Source of the DNA: an uncultured Acidobacteriota bacterium
GTDB taxonomy: Bacteria; Acidobacteriota; Terriglobia; Acidiferrales; UBA7541
Length of the DNA stretch: 64,000 bases
Direction: 5' to 3'
Assembly: GCA_963745805.1 (NCBI GenBank)
Contig: CAVUYT010000018.1
Span: 114,294 to 178,293 of the forward strand
A model generated the notes under the pieces. The model was not told the DNA's origin and made no database searches. It worked only from the letters and a program-made list of their open reading frames with translations. Positions 37,144 to 47,165 of the stretch are shown one piece after another; position 1 is the first letter of the stretch; every line of letters starts with the position of its first letter. Both the position numbers and the translations under genes were made by a program.

Positions 37144-40100
37144 ATGCAACGACGTCATGGTGTGTTTGCGTGGATCACGTTGTGCATGTTGTTGCTGGGA
37201 TGCGCCGCAGTGACGATGGCGCAGGTGAATACGGGCAGTCTATCGGGGACGGTGACTGACCCTCAAGGACTGGCGGTCAAGGGCGCAAAGCTAACCGTTA
37301 CCAATGCCGGAACCGGCGCCGAACGCACGGCGATCTCGGACGAAGGCGGCCGGTACAAGATCGTGGGCCTGCCTCCCGGTGCGTACAAAGTGAGCATAGA
37401 TGGCGGAGCGAATTTTGAGTTGTATCAGAACGATGCTGTTGAAGTGACGGTCGGCGAAGAAGCCAGCTTCAGCCCGCGGCTTGGACTAAAGGGTATGCAG
37501 CAAAGCGTCATGGTGACAGCCGAGACGTCACCCGTGGAGACCACGAAGACGGATGTCTCGCAAACGATTGGAGAGCGGCGCATCGATAATCTCCCCATCA
37601 ATGGACGGAATTACATCAATTTTACTTTGACAAATTCGCAGGTGAACCGGGATGTTGCGCCGACGATCGGTCCGGCGCCAACGAGCGGTCTGAACTTCGG
37701 CGGCCAGCGAGCGCGCTCGAACGAGGTGAGCGTGGATGGGGCCGATGCCGTCGATAACTCGATCAACGGAATACGCGCAACGGTTTCGCAGGAAGCAGTG
37801 CAAGAGTTTCAGCTTATTCTGGGCGACTACAGCGCGGAGTATGGGCGGGCAACGGGCGGCGTGGTCAATATCGTGACCAAGGGCGGGGGGAACGATTTTC
37901 ACGGCGACGTTTTCGGCTACCTTCGGAACAGGGCTTTTCAGGCGCGCAACGCCTTCTCTGGCCAGGTGGATCCGACGACCGGGACACTCGATCCAACGAA
38001 ACAGGCGTACACGCGAGTTCAGGCAGGTCTAACGCTGGGCGGCGCCCTGAAGAAGGACAAGACGTTCTACTTTTTTTCCTATGAGGACACGCTGCGCGAA
38101 GAGACGGGGTTCTCGAGCATCGGGCAAACGCAAGGAGGCGGTGGACCCTGGGGAATGACGAGCGTAACGCTTCCCACTCCTGGTGGGCCGCTGGCTGTTC
38201 AGTTGACTCCATCCCAGGCGGCTACTGTGCAATCTCTGTTACAAACGGGAGTCCCCGCGTTCCAGACCCTTGGAGTGCAGTACGGCTTGTTCATGGGTTC
38301 GGCATCGAGTGTGGCTTTGAATAGAGTGGATTTTGGGGCGGTGGCGACGAGTTTCGGGTTGCATCCAGGTCCGGGGGCAAACTTTCCCATTCCAGTTACC
38401 TGTCCCGCGAACATGACGGTAGGCAATGTGGTGTGCCCTGCGTCGCCGTTCGGGCCCGCCTTCAATTATGCGTTCGGCATGGTGCCGCTGCCCACTTCAT
38501 ATAAGGCGTTGAATTCGTTGCGCGGAAACTTCCCAGTCACGGAAAAGACCAGCCTGTGGTCGCTGCGGCTGGACCAAAAATGGAACAATCAGAACAACTC
38601 GTTCCTGCGTGTCGGAGTGTCACCGTCTCTGGTGACGGGGATTGAGTCCACAGCGCAGAACCAAACCTTTGGCGAGAACGCGGGATCGCGTACAGGGTTA
38701 AATCAGTCGCGGGACCTCGACATCGTGTTCCAGCACGACACAATCTTGAGCGCCACCGGGTTTAACGAATTCCGGGCTCAGGTGGCGAGGCGTGGTTTGC
38801 ATTTCGGATTCTCCCAGCTTCCGGGCGGGAGCGATATCGGCGTGAACATTCCCGGTTTCGCGTACTTTGGGCGTGAACCATATTCGACGGTGGACCGCAT
38901 CGAGCGGAGGTTTGAATTCACGGATCACGTGAGCCTGATCCGCGGAAATCACACGTTCAAGATGGGCGGGGACTATAACCTCATTCAGTTGCGATCCGCC
39001 AAGGCGCAGATCTTCGAACTGGACTACGGCGGAGTGGTCAACTTCGGCGGATTCGCAACATCCACGGTCACAAACGGCGCAATCAATGACTGCTACAGTT
39101 CAACGACTGGCGCCGGCCACAATGGAACATGCGCTCCCGGCGAATTTTCCCTGCCGGGAACAACAGGATTGCAGTCCTACGGGTTGGGGATACCGACGAC
39201 GTACATTCAGGGCATCGGACAATCAAACCAGCCATTTGATAATTTTCCGATCGGACTGTTCATTCAAGACAGTTGGCGGGCAAACGGGCACGTGACGGTC
39301 AACTATGGCGTCCGGTACGACGTGGAAATTACGCCGTTGTTTTCGCCGCTCAACGCGTTCAACGCGTCGGCGGAAAAAGCGCTGGGCGTGGTCGAAGGAA
39401 TTCCGCGGGACTATAACAACGTGGCTCCGCGGCTGGGGATCGCGTGGGACCCGAAGGGCGATGGAAAGATGGTGATCCGGGCCGGGTTTGGTCTCTTCTA
39501 TGATCATCCTTTGCTGGCGGTTGCATTTGACTCGGCCACGGCAGATGGAGGCCGATCCGTGCAGCTGATCACGGCGGGAGGAGGCTCCTCGGCTTGCGGA
39601 GTGCTTCCTGCAGGGTCTGCGCCGCCGGGTTATCCAATGTGCGGTTCGAGTGTAAGCGGCAATGCGCTGGATGGTCCGACCAACCTAAACGGTTCAACGC
39701 TCTTCCAGGGTGCATTGAATCAGCTCCCCAACATGTTCTACCTGGCGAATCAGCAACGGTTTGATCCGCTTGCCGCGGGTTCACTGTTCGCCAATCAGAA
39801 CTATTTGGCCGCGGGATTTCCGCTGCCGATCTTGCCGTTCGTGCTGCCTGTTGCGAGGAATTTCCAATTCGGCGTGGCGCAACAAGGAAATCTGACGATT
39901 GAACGGCAGATCGCCGGTTCCTGGAAGATCAGCGTCGGCTACCAGTACACGAAGGGACAGCACCTTAACCGGCCGGTGGACGTCAACTCGACCGATCCAC
40001 AATTGCTGACGCAAAATTACGCGGATTGCATCGCTTCAGGTTTAGCTACGTGCAGCTCGTCGCCGGTAAGTATCACCGTGCCGGCGGGACAAGTGACAAC

Positions 40101-41169
40101 CGCCAATGGCTGCATCTTTACGCCAACGATACCCAGCCTCGTCGGAACGCTAAGCAATTGCCCTGGATCGCTCGCGGGATTGAATGGCACACCGGTCGGA
40201 ACCGCGGCCGCTTTCAACTTCTTCCGCCCATCTGGACCAAATCCGTCGTTTGCCGGACCTAATGCGGCGGCATATCCATTTTTGGTTGGCGCGGCGGGGG
40301 CCTCGTGCTTCCCAGCCGGATTTTTCGGGGCGGGTGCCGCTCAGAAGTGCTATCCGAAAGGGCTCGGGACTCCGGTGGCGTTTAACAGCGTAGACGCACA
40401 GCTCTCGGACGGGAATTCGGTCTATCACGGATTGACGGTAAACGTGCAGAAGCGGTTTTCAAACGCTTTTGAGTTGCTCTCCAGCTACACGTGGTCGCAC
40501 ACGATCGACGATTCGACGGACCTGCAATCTCCTCTCGAGCCACAGGACAGCCGCTTCCCATTCTTGGAACGCAGCAATTCGGATTTCGACCAGCGGCACC
40601 GTTGGGTGACTAGCGCGGTTTTCCAGTCGCCGACGGCAAGGAGCGGCGATGGGGCTTGGAAACACTTCATCGGAGACTTCACACTGTCGCCGATCATCGA
40701 GGTGTCTGTAGGTAGGCCGTACACGATCATCACGGGAACCGATTACCGGCTGGACCTCGGCGCGTCAAATGGCAGGCCTTCCGTCGCCAAGTCGGGTGCC
40801 GGAACGACCTCGCCGTTCATTCCGGGGGTGACGTTTGTGGTGCCAACGACATGCCTGACAAATGGCGGGCAAGTTTTCGCGATCGCAGGAATAACGCCGC
40901 CGTTCGGATGCAATGGCAATCTGGGGCGCAACCCGTTTGTCACGCCAGGTTTCTTCCAAGTTGACTTGCGGCTTTCCCGACGGTTCAATCTGGGCGAGCA
41001 CCTGAAGCTCGATGTGATTGCGGATGGATTTAACTTGACGAATCGGCTCAACGTGGCTGCGGTGAATCAACTTTGCGATCCGGGAGCAGGTTCCACGTGC
41101 AGCGCGGGACAGCCGACGGCGGCATACGATGCGCGGCAGTTTCAGTTTGCGTTGAAGATGAGCTGGTAG
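37144..41169 (+). CDS. Oar-like TonB-dependent outer-membrane protein with N-terminal carboxypeptidase-regulatory-like domain
   Basis: 1341 aa. Signal peptide, then GSLSGTVTDPQGLAVKGAKLTVTNAGTGAERTAISDEGGRYKIVGLPPGAYKVS (CarboxypepD_reg), a plug-like DNLPINGRNYINFT, a long beta-barrel body, and an aromatic C-terminus FALKMSW*. Confidence 0.85.
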   Translation: MQRRHGVFAWITLCMLLLGCAAVTMAQVNTGSLSGTVTDPQGLAVKGAKLTVTNAGTGAERTAISDEGGRYKIVGLPPGAYKVSIDGGANFELYQNDAVEVTVGEEASFSPRLGLKGMQQSVMVTAETSPVETTKTDVSQTIGERRIDNLPINGRNYINFTLTNSQVNRDVAPTIGPAPTSGLNFGGQRARSNEVSVDGADAVDNSINGIRATVSQEAVQEFQLILGDYSAEYGRATGGVVNIVTKGGGNDFHGDVFGYLRNRAFQARNAFSGQVDPTTGTLDPTKQAYTRVQAGLTLGGALKKDKTFYFFSYEDTLREETGFSSIGQTQGGGGPWGMTSVTLPTPGGPLAVQLTPSQAATVQSLLQTGVPAFQTLGVQYGLFMGSASSVALNRVDFGAVATSFGLHPGPGANFPIPVTCPANMTVGNVVCPASPFGPAFNYAFGMVPLPTSYKALNSLRGNFPVTEKTSLWSLRLDQKWNNQNNSFLRVGVSPSLVTGIESTAQNQTFGENAGSRTGLNQSRDLDIVFQHDTILSATGFNEFRAQVARRGLHFGFSQLPGGSDIGVNIPGFAYFGREPYSTVDRIERRFEFTDHVSLIRGNHTFKMGGDYNLIQLRSAKAQIFELDYGGVVNFGGFATSTVTNGAINDCYSSTTGAGHNGTCAPGEFSLPGTTGLQSYGLGIPTTYIQGIGQSNQPFDNFPIGLFIQDSWRANGHVTVNYGVRYDVEITPLFSPLNAFNASAEKALGVVEGIPRDYNNVAPRLGIAWDPKGDGKMVIRAGFGLFYDHPLLAVAFDSATADGGRSVQLITAGGGSSACGVLPAGSAPPGYPMCGSSVSGNALDGPTNLNGSTLFQGALNQLPNMFYLANQQRFDPLAAGSLFANQNYLAAGFPLPILPFVLPVARNFQFGVAQQGNLTIERQIAGSWKISVGYQYTKGQHLNRPVDVNSTDPQLLTQNYADCIASGLATCSSSPVSITVPAGQVTTANGCIFTPTIPSLVGTLSNCPGSLAGLNGTPVGTAAAFNFFRPSGPNPSFAGPNAAAYPFLVGAAGASCFPAGFFGAGAAQKCYPKGLGTPVAFNSVDAQLSDGNSVYHGLTVNVQKRFSNAFELLSSYTWSHTIDDSTDLQSPLEPQDSRFPFLERSNSDFDQRHRWVTSAVFQSPTARSGDGAWKHFIGDFTLSPIIEVSVGRPYTIITGTDYRLDLGASNGRPSVAKSGAGTTSPFIPGVTFVVPTTCLTNGGQVFAIAGITPPFGCNGNLGRNPFVTPGFFQVDLRLSRRFNLGEHLKLDVIADGFNLTNRLNVAAVNQLCDPGAGSTCSAGQPTAAYDARQFQFALKMSW

Positions 41170-41223
41170 GAGAGTCGCCGCTCGATTCGAAGATTCAAAA
41201 AATCTACCTCTAAACGCCAAAAA

Positions 41224-41253
41224 GGCTTCGCAAGTGCGAAGCCTTTTTGTTTT
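41224..41253 (+). terminator. rho-independent terminator of the Oar-like gene
   Basis: GGCTTCGC-AAGT-GCGAAGCC followed by TTTTTGTTTT, 55 nt after the stop. An A-run upstream would allow bidirectional use. Confidence 0.8.
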
Positions 41254-41327
41254 GCCGAGACCTTTTCGCCGCACACAACTCCGGGTAGAGTAAGGAGACC
41301 GTTTCCCGAAGATGGACTGGAGAAAGA

Positions 41328-42461
41328 ATGAACGTTGTGCTCATCGGGGTAGTGATCGTGGTGGCCGGGTTGGTGCTTTGGCTGGTGCTGCAAACTTCCC
41401 AGGAACAGAAGAAGAGCGGGCTTCTCGAAGCCCAGATGAATGAGCTGCGCCGGGATTTGCAGACGATTGCGACGGCCCAGGCGCAAAGTACGGGCCAGAT
41501 GGCCACCATCGGTCAAAGCGTCTCGCAGCGGCTGGAAAGCGTGACCCAGGCGTTGCAGGATGGAGTTTCCAACTCGGCGCAAATCGCCACACAAGGACAG
41601 AAGGCGATAGCGAACGAACTCAAGAACACGCGTGAACAGATCGGCCACATTCAGAAACAACTGGGGGAATTCCAGGAGTTGGGGCGAGGGATATCCTCTG
41701 CGACAAAATCGCTCGAGGGAATTCTTGGCGGGGCGAAAACACGGGGATTGCTCGGTGAAGTAACGCTGGAGCGCTTGTTGGAAGATTCCCTGCCCTCTTC
41801 GCAATATGCCACGCAATACCGCTTCTCGAGCGGTGAAGCCGCGGACGCCGTCATCTTCCTGCGCGATAAAAAGCTTGTCGCCATCGACTCGAAATTTCCT
41901 CTCGACGCCTTCCGAAGAATCAGCGCGGAGGGGGAGGAAGCCAAGCGCGCCTTTGCGACGGCGGTGAAGGGCCACGCGGATTCCATAGCCAAGAAATATA
42001 TCGTGCCCAACGAAGGCACCCTGGACCTGGCGCTGATGTTCGTGCCGTCGGAAAGCGTCTACTACGAGATGCTGATGACAGAAGACAGCAAAGGCGAGCC
42101 ATTGGACTCCTACTGCCGCGGCAAGAATATCATCGCGGTCTCGCCCAATACCCTCTACGCTCATCTCTGCGTGATTCACTTGGGTTTGCGGGGAATGCAA
42201 ATCGAAGAAAATGCCAAGCGCATTTCCGCGGGCCTCTCCGGCATCCAGAAGCACATGGAGACCTTCACCGATGTCTTCGAGAAGCTTGGGAGTCATCTGA
42301 AAAACGCACAGCAAAGCTACAGTGACGCGGACAAGAAGCTTGAGAAGACGCAGAACACGCTGGATTCGTTGATCGGAACGGGCATGGCGGAGGCGTCTCT
42401 AGAGAACGTGCAGGCCACACTCGCGCTTCCGGCAGAAACGATCGCTAAGAGCGGTACTTAA
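41328..42461 (+). CDS. rmuC: DNA recombination protein RmuC
   Basis: N-terminal TM, long coiled coil, then GEVTLERLLEDSLPSSQY..ADAVIFLRDKKLVAIDSKFPLDAF..MFVPSESVYYEM..IIAVSPNTLYAHL. This is the RmuC nuclease-like core. Confidence 0.88.
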   Translation: MNVVLIGVVIVVAGLVLWLVLQTSQEQKKSGLLEAQMNELRRDLQTIATAQAQSTGQMATIGQSVSQRLESVTQALQDGVSNSAQIATQGQKAIANELKNTREQIGHIQKQLGEFQELGRGISSATKSLEGILGGAKTRGLLGEVTLERLLEDSLPSSQYATQYRFSSGEAADAVIFLRDKKLVAIDSKFPLDAFRRISAEGEEAKRAFATAVKGHADSIAKKYIVPNEGTLDLALMFVPSESVYYEMLMTEDSKGEPLDSYCRGKNIIAVSPNTLYAHLCVIHLGLRGMQIEENAKRISAGLSGIQKHMETFTDVFEKLGSHLKNAQQSYSDADKKLEKTQNTLDSLIGTGMAEASLENVQATLALPAETIAKSGT

Positions 42462-42523
42462 TCCCGTGGATTAATTTGAAATCAGATAAATTCACAACCT
42501 GCGCCCTCTCTTTGCGCGGAGAT

Positions 42524-43402
42524 CTAACGCGGGCGCGGGCTGGAACTTAGCAACCTGATCGAAATGAGAAAACTGCCGCGTTTGCGGCCCACGAGTTCGA
42601 AGTGCGCCAAGTTCTCTGCACCTCCGGAGCTGAGAACCCGCAGGGGATTGCCGCCAAGAAGCTCTGCAATGTCGGGCGCCAGATTCCTCGCTTCCAGTGT
42701 GATCTTGCTGGCTGTGCCGCGCACCCGGACAGAGAGCGTGCGGTGCACGCCCGGCGCGAGAGGCGAAGAATCGGCCTCCAAATTGAGCGCCACGAAGACG
42801 ACTTCGAGAGGCGGTCCATTCCGTTTTGCGCAAGAAATATCGACGGAAGCGCGCCCAGGCGGCAACTCCGCCGGCGGCAGGACCACCAGCGATGTCGGTG
42901 AGGACGCCAGCACTAAAGCTGGCTCGCCGGAAATGGTGATCTGGTTCGCGTCCGCTCCGCCACAAAAGCCTCGCCCGGCAATTTCGAAACGGTCGGTGAG
43001 CGAAGCGAATTTGGGGATCGAGGCTACTTCAATAGTGGTTGCAGCGGTTTCATCGGGCGACAAGATGGTCATGGGGACGCGCCCGGTGCGGCCAGCAATG
43101 GATCCGACAATGATTCCGGGGTTGAGCGGCGCGACGAACAGTGCGCGGCCTGTTGCGTCGGTGGTCAAACGGTCGCCATTCGAAAAGAGGACGGTGGCAC
43201 CGGGAGTCAGGCGGCCGTTAACGTCGAGCACTGCGAGAGTTGCCCGGTCTCCCGAAATAATGGTGCGCGGCAGGAGCAGAATGCGCCCCTCAGTCGAGGA
43301 TGGCGGATTCTGCGCGAATGCTGAGAAGAAAAGTAAGTGAAGCGCCACGGCAAGACAAAAGCATCGAAGAACAAATGGAGATGGCGGGCGGGCATCAAGC
43401 AT
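42524..43402 (-). CDS. secreted hypothetical protein with Ig-like (IPT/TIG-type) repeats
   Basis: Internal ATG 43402 of track ORF 42524..43666 gives MLDARPPSPFVLRCFCLAVALHLLFFSAFAQ (signal peptide), then three beta-rich modules (e.g. ITISGEPALVLASSPTSLVVLPPAELPPGRASVDI). The plus-strand ORF 42564..43340 is taken as its shadow. Confidence 0.65.
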   Translation of the reverse strand: MLDARPPSPFVLRCFCLAVALHLLFFSAFAQNPPSSTEGRILLLPRTIISGDRATLAVLDVNGRLTPGATVLFSNGDRLTTDATGRALFVAPLNPGIIVGSIAGRTGRVPMTILSPDETAATTIEVASIPKFASLTDRFEIAGRGFCGGADANQITISGEPALVLASSPTSLVVLPPAELPPGRASVDISCAKRNGPPLEVVFVALNLEADSSPLAPGVHRTLSVRVRGTASKITLEARNLAPDIAELLGGNPLRVLSSGGAENLAHFELVGRKRGSFLISIRLLSSSPRPR

Positions 43403-43488
43403 CCTGAGATTGTAGTCGAGCGACGGGTGCTGAGGAAGCTGGGGAGCGGCACGCGAAAAAGAAAGCTGCATGATTGCGGAGTCTTTAC

Positions 43489-44313
43489 TCAGCGACTTGC
43501 TTTGACGGGTTCCTCGGCAGGCGAATAAATCAGAACGGTGCGGCCGGGCACTCCAGCTGCCAACCGGCGCAATTTGTAAACGAATGGACGCGACCCGGAA
43601 GATCGAGAGCTCTCTTCCAGCCGGTAGTAACGATCTTCGTATCGAACCACGCGAGGCGGAATCCACTCCGATTTCGCCCGGCAGGCGCGAATTTCCAGGA
43701 ATTCCTCGGAATCGTTTTTGGCAACCCAGATCTCATCGGCAACCTGCGAAATTCTGGACGTCACGACTTTGTCGCGCAAGGCGCCAACATAGGAAGTTAC
43801 ATGGCTTTGGGAAAACTTCCCTGCATACGGAGGTTCCGGCTCGCCACTGCGAAAAATCCTGGAGTAGAACTTCTCAACCAAATAAAGCGGAAAAACGCCG
43901 AGCACGGTATCCGTAAGCGCTCCGCACAAACGCACCATGCCCTCAATGCCAAAAAAAGCGGTGCCCCAGGTCAGCGGATGGGTAGACCAGATTAGCAACG
44001 CCGCGAAGGCGAGGTGATGATCGGTTGTTCCGGGGGCGGTCTTACCGTCGAGTGCGAGATCCGCGAGGTGGGAAAGCGAGGTCGACATCGAATACCAATA
44101 CCAATACATGAGCGCGACGAGAGCGATGGAAGATTCCGCCAGACCACTTAGGATGGCCGCGGAGCGCCAGTGCACCACCTGATAGAATGGCAGCGCTTTG
44201 CGCCAGCGCGTGGGAAGCAATGACAGAAACGGCCCAAGAAGGTAGATCCACATATCCAGTCCGACATTTATTATAAGAGAGATAATGGCATTGCGAGGAA
44301 CTCGCGTTGTCAT
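43489..44313 (-). CDS. hypothetical membrane protein (about 4 TM plus a cytoplasmic C-terminal domain)
   Basis: ATG 44313 (TTG 44331 is an alternative). Hydrophobic segments IISLIINVGLDMWIYLLGPFL, AAILSGLAESSIALVALMYWYWY, LAFAALLIWSTHPLTWGTAFFGI. A soluble tail follows (..RPFVYKLRRLAAGVPGRTVLIY). Begins 44 nt after the HD-GYP stop. No family recognised. Confidence 0.6.
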   Translation of the reverse strand: MTTRVPRNAIISLIINVGLDMWIYLLGPFLSLLPTRWRKALPFYQVVHWRSAAILSGLAESSIALVALMYWYWYSMSTSLSHLADLALDGKTAPGTTDHHLAFAALLIWSTHPLTWGTAFFGIEGMVRLCGALTDTVLGVFPLYLVEKFYSRIFRSGEPEPPYAGKFSQSHVTSYVGALRDKVVTSRISQVADEIWVAKNDSEEFLEIRACRAKSEWIPPRVVRYEDRYYRLEESSRSSGSRPFVYKLRRLAAGVPGRTVLIYSPAEEPVKASR

Positions 44314-44357
44314 GGCAATCCAAAAAAGCAACAGTTAAAGAAATCTTTGGGGGTCAG

Positions 44358-46058
44358 CTACACAGGTTTTGAAACGAGCCGGTAAACCTGGGCATCGAGG
44401 AACAGCCGGAACAACTCGGGATCGATCTCTTCATCGCGGACGCAAAGTTTGAGTATATCGAGCGCGCGGTCCGTCGGAACGGCCCTCTTATAAGGACGGT
44501 CAGAAGCGGAGAGCGCGTCGAAAATGTCGCAGATGGTCATCATCTTTGCTTGCACGGGTATCTCAGAGGCAGTCAGCCCATTCGGATAGCCTCGACCGTT
44601 GAGTTTTTCATGGTGGGCACGAGCAATTTCCGGGATGCCGCGATATTCGCTTGTCCAAGGTATTTGCGCCAGAAAATTAAAACTGTGGGTAACGTGTGAT
44701 TCGATTTGGCGCCGCTCGTTCGAGTCGAGACTGCCGCGCGGTATCGAAAGGTATCTGACTTCCTCTGAAGTAAGGTAGGGGCGCTCGGCTCCACGCGCGT
44801 CGCGATAGGTCTTCTGAGATATCTCCGTGAGCAGATCGAACTCGCTCGAAGGCAGGATCGTCGGCTCGTTCGCTCGTGCTATGAATTCAACGTAGCGGTC
44901 CAATTCGGAGAGGAAACGGCTGGCCTCTCCGTCGATAAGTTTCAAGCGCACTCGCGCTTCCGCTTCCTTGCGAAAATGCCCCAGCAGCACTTCCACCTTT
45001 TGTTCCGCCAGGCACGCCTCGAAGTCCCGCCGAATATAATCAAAGCGATCCAATAAACGGGAAAACTGAAGCGGGTAAAGTTTTTTGGCCTTAACGAGAA
45101 CTTCTTCGCGGACTCCAACCTTACCGAAATCGTGGAGCAGCGCGGCGTAACGAAGCTCTTTTATCTGTTCGCGCGAAAAACGCAAATCCGCGTAAGGGCC
45201 CAGCGGCTCGCGGCCCACGGCATCGGCAAGCGCCAGGGTCATCTGGCAGACGCGCTGAGAGTGACCGGAAGTAGTGGGATCGCGCTGCTCGATAGCCTTC
45301 ACTGCGGCATTCACAAAACCGTCAAAAAGATTTTCGATGTCCCGGTAAAGCTGAGAGTTTTCAAACGCGACTGCCGCCTGCGATGCAAGAGACAGTCCGA
45401 GCTGCACGGCGCGTTCGGGAAAGGGATGAACATTTCTCCGCACGGCATTCGCATCCTTCAGCCGCGCCTTCGGATGGCGTTTGCAGTTGATCAGTTGAAG
45501 CACGCCCAGTACCACTCCCTTGCCGTTTTTCATGGGCAGAGTGATCAGTGAGCGCGTGCGGTATCCCGCTTGCTCGTCGAAGGAAGAATTGAAATGGAAG
45601 GGCCGTGTCTTTGGGATGCGATAGGCGTCAGCCAGCTCGATGACTTCGCCATGAAGAGCACAGTAGCCTGCCATGGAAGTTTCCGTGATGGGAAGCGTGT
45701 GTTCGGTGTAGGGAAACTGCACGCTGTCATTCTGTGTCAACCGGAAGCGCAGGCATCGCGTGCTCTCCGCCGGGCCGGGATTGCTCTGTTCATGGTCGCT
45801 CGAATGGGCGGGGGATGGTTCCACCAAGTAGAGAGAGCCCGCATCGGCGCCAGTGATCTCCCGGGCTTTCGATAAAATGAGCGCGAGAAGGTGTTCCACA
45901 TCGCGGATCTCGGAGAGCGCGATACCGATTCGATTTAGCTCTTCGAGTTCGCGCCCCGCCTGCGCGGCGGACAAACCAGTTCGCCTGGAGGCACCCACTT
46001 GCTTGCGCAACGCTATTTTGGTTCTGACCATGTGGATGGACGCGAAACGGGCCTCCAT
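44358..46058 (-). CDS. GAF-domain HD-GYP phosphodiesterase (candidate c-di-GMP hydrolase)
   Basis: HD motif AALLHDFGKVG and GYP motif HHEKLNGRGYPNGL. The N-terminal GAF-like region is LLALILSKAREITGADAGSLYLVE...GVLQLIN. Start uncertain: ATG 46058 is used, ATG 46031 is possible, and the track ORF extends to a TTG at 46190. Confidence 0.85.
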   Translation of the reverse strand: MEARFASIHMVRTKIALRKQVGASRRTGLSAAQAGRELEELNRIGIALSEIRDVEHLLALILSKAREITGADAGSLYLVEPSPAHSSDHEQSNPGPAESTRCLRFRLTQNDSVQFPYTEHTLPITETSMAGYCALHGEVIELADAYRIPKTRPFHFNSSFDEQAGYRTRSLITLPMKNGKGVVLGVLQLINCKRHPKARLKDANAVRRNVHPFPERAVQLGLSLASQAAVAFENSQLYRDIENLFDGFVNAAVKAIEQRDPTTSGHSQRVCQMTLALADAVGREPLGPYADLRFSREQIKELRYAALLHDFGKVGVREEVLVKAKKLYPLQFSRLLDRFDYIRRDFEACLAEQKVEVLLGHFRKEAEARVRLKLIDGEASRFLSELDRYVEFIARANEPTILPSSEFDLLTEISQKTYRDARGAERPYLTSEEVRYLSIPRGSLDSNERRQIESHVTHSFNFLAQIPWTSEYRGIPEIARAHHEKLNGRGYPNGLTASEIPVQAKMMTICDIFDALSASDRPYKRAVPTDRALDILKLCVRDEEIDPELFRLFLDAQVYRLVSKPV

Positions 46059-46324
46059 CGCCGAGCTGGCTGGTGCGGGCAGATTATAGCGGAAGCGTGT
46101 GAGGGAGGCACGCAGAGGCGGCCGAACGACAGAAACAGGGGCACAAATTGGGCGGTTTGGTTGTAACCTCTGGAAGGGCCAGGGCGGCAAATGAGGCGAA
46201 AAAACAAGTAATCAGTAGGCGTCACAGCCTTTCGCGGCCGGAAAGGGTCTGTTAGCGTGAGAACAGGGTTGCCGGGTACGGGTGTGGGCAAGGGTTCGGA
46301 CAGCAAGCGGTTCGGGGAGATTTT

Positions 46325-47164
46325 GTGCGGATCGTAAGCGGCGGCGTAACCGATTTGGGGCGCGTGCGCACGAACAATGAAGATTGCTTCCGCATTGTCG
46401 AACCGCTGAATCTTTTTGTGCTTTCCGACGGAATGGGCGGCGAAGCGCACGGAGAAGTGGCCAGCGCGCTTGCGGTGGAAACCATCGTTAAGTATTGCAT
46501 GGAACCGCAGGCGGATTCTGGAGCCGCGCTGCTCAGCAATCCGGAACCGAGCTGGAGCGAAAAGACGAGGCGTCTGACGAGCGCCGTGCACCTGGCGAAC
46601 AAAAACATTTATGAGTCCGCGGAAGCGCATCCCGAGCAGCACGGGATGGGAGCAACGGTAACGGCCGCGTGGATCGATGGTTCGAAATTGAGCATTGCGC
46701 ACGTGGGAGATTCGCGGGCCTATCTGCTGAGGAGCGGCACGTTGCAACAGCTCACCAGCGATCACTCTCTGGTGGCTGAGCAAGTGCGGCGAGGCATATT
46801 GACGGCGGCGGAAGCGGAAGAAAGCGAGATGCAAAGCGTACTTCTCCGCGCGTTGGGAGCATTGCCGGACATAGAAATAGATACCGACGAGCACACCTTA
46901 TTTGCTCGCGACATTCTGATGCTTTGTTGCGACGGTCTGACGAGGATGGTCACCGAGCCGGAAATTGCGGGCACGCTGCAGGCTGAGACTGATGCTACGA
47001 GGGCCGCGGAAAAGCTGATCGAACTGGCCAACGATCGGGGCGGCGTGGACAACATTACCGTCATTGTCGTGCGCGTGGGTTCGGAATCCAGAGGATGGTT
47101 TTCTTGGCTGCGCCGCCGGTCGCGGAATAAAGCAGCCGGAAACGGCTCCACAGGAGGATTTTAA
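46325..47164 (+). CDS. PP2C-family Ser/Thr protein phosphatase
   Basis: GTG start. RTNNEDCF, LSDGMGGEAHGEVAS, AHVGDSRAYLL, LCCDGLT and GGVDNITVIVV are the canonical PP2C/Stp motifs. Confidence 0.9.
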   Translation: MRIVSGGVTDLGRVRTNNEDCFRIVEPLNLFVLSDGMGGEAHGEVASALAVETIVKYCMEPQADSGAALLSNPEPSWSEKTRRLTSAVHLANKNIYESAEAHPEQHGMGATVTAAWIDGSKLSIAHVGDSRAYLLRSGTLQQLTSDHSLVAEQVRRGILTAAEAEESEMQSVLLRALGALPDIEIDTDEHTLFARDILMLCCDGLTRMVTEPEIAGTLQAETDATRAAEKLIELANDRGGVDNITVIVVRVGSESRGWFSWLRRRSRNKAAGNGSTGGF

Positions 47165-47165
47165 G

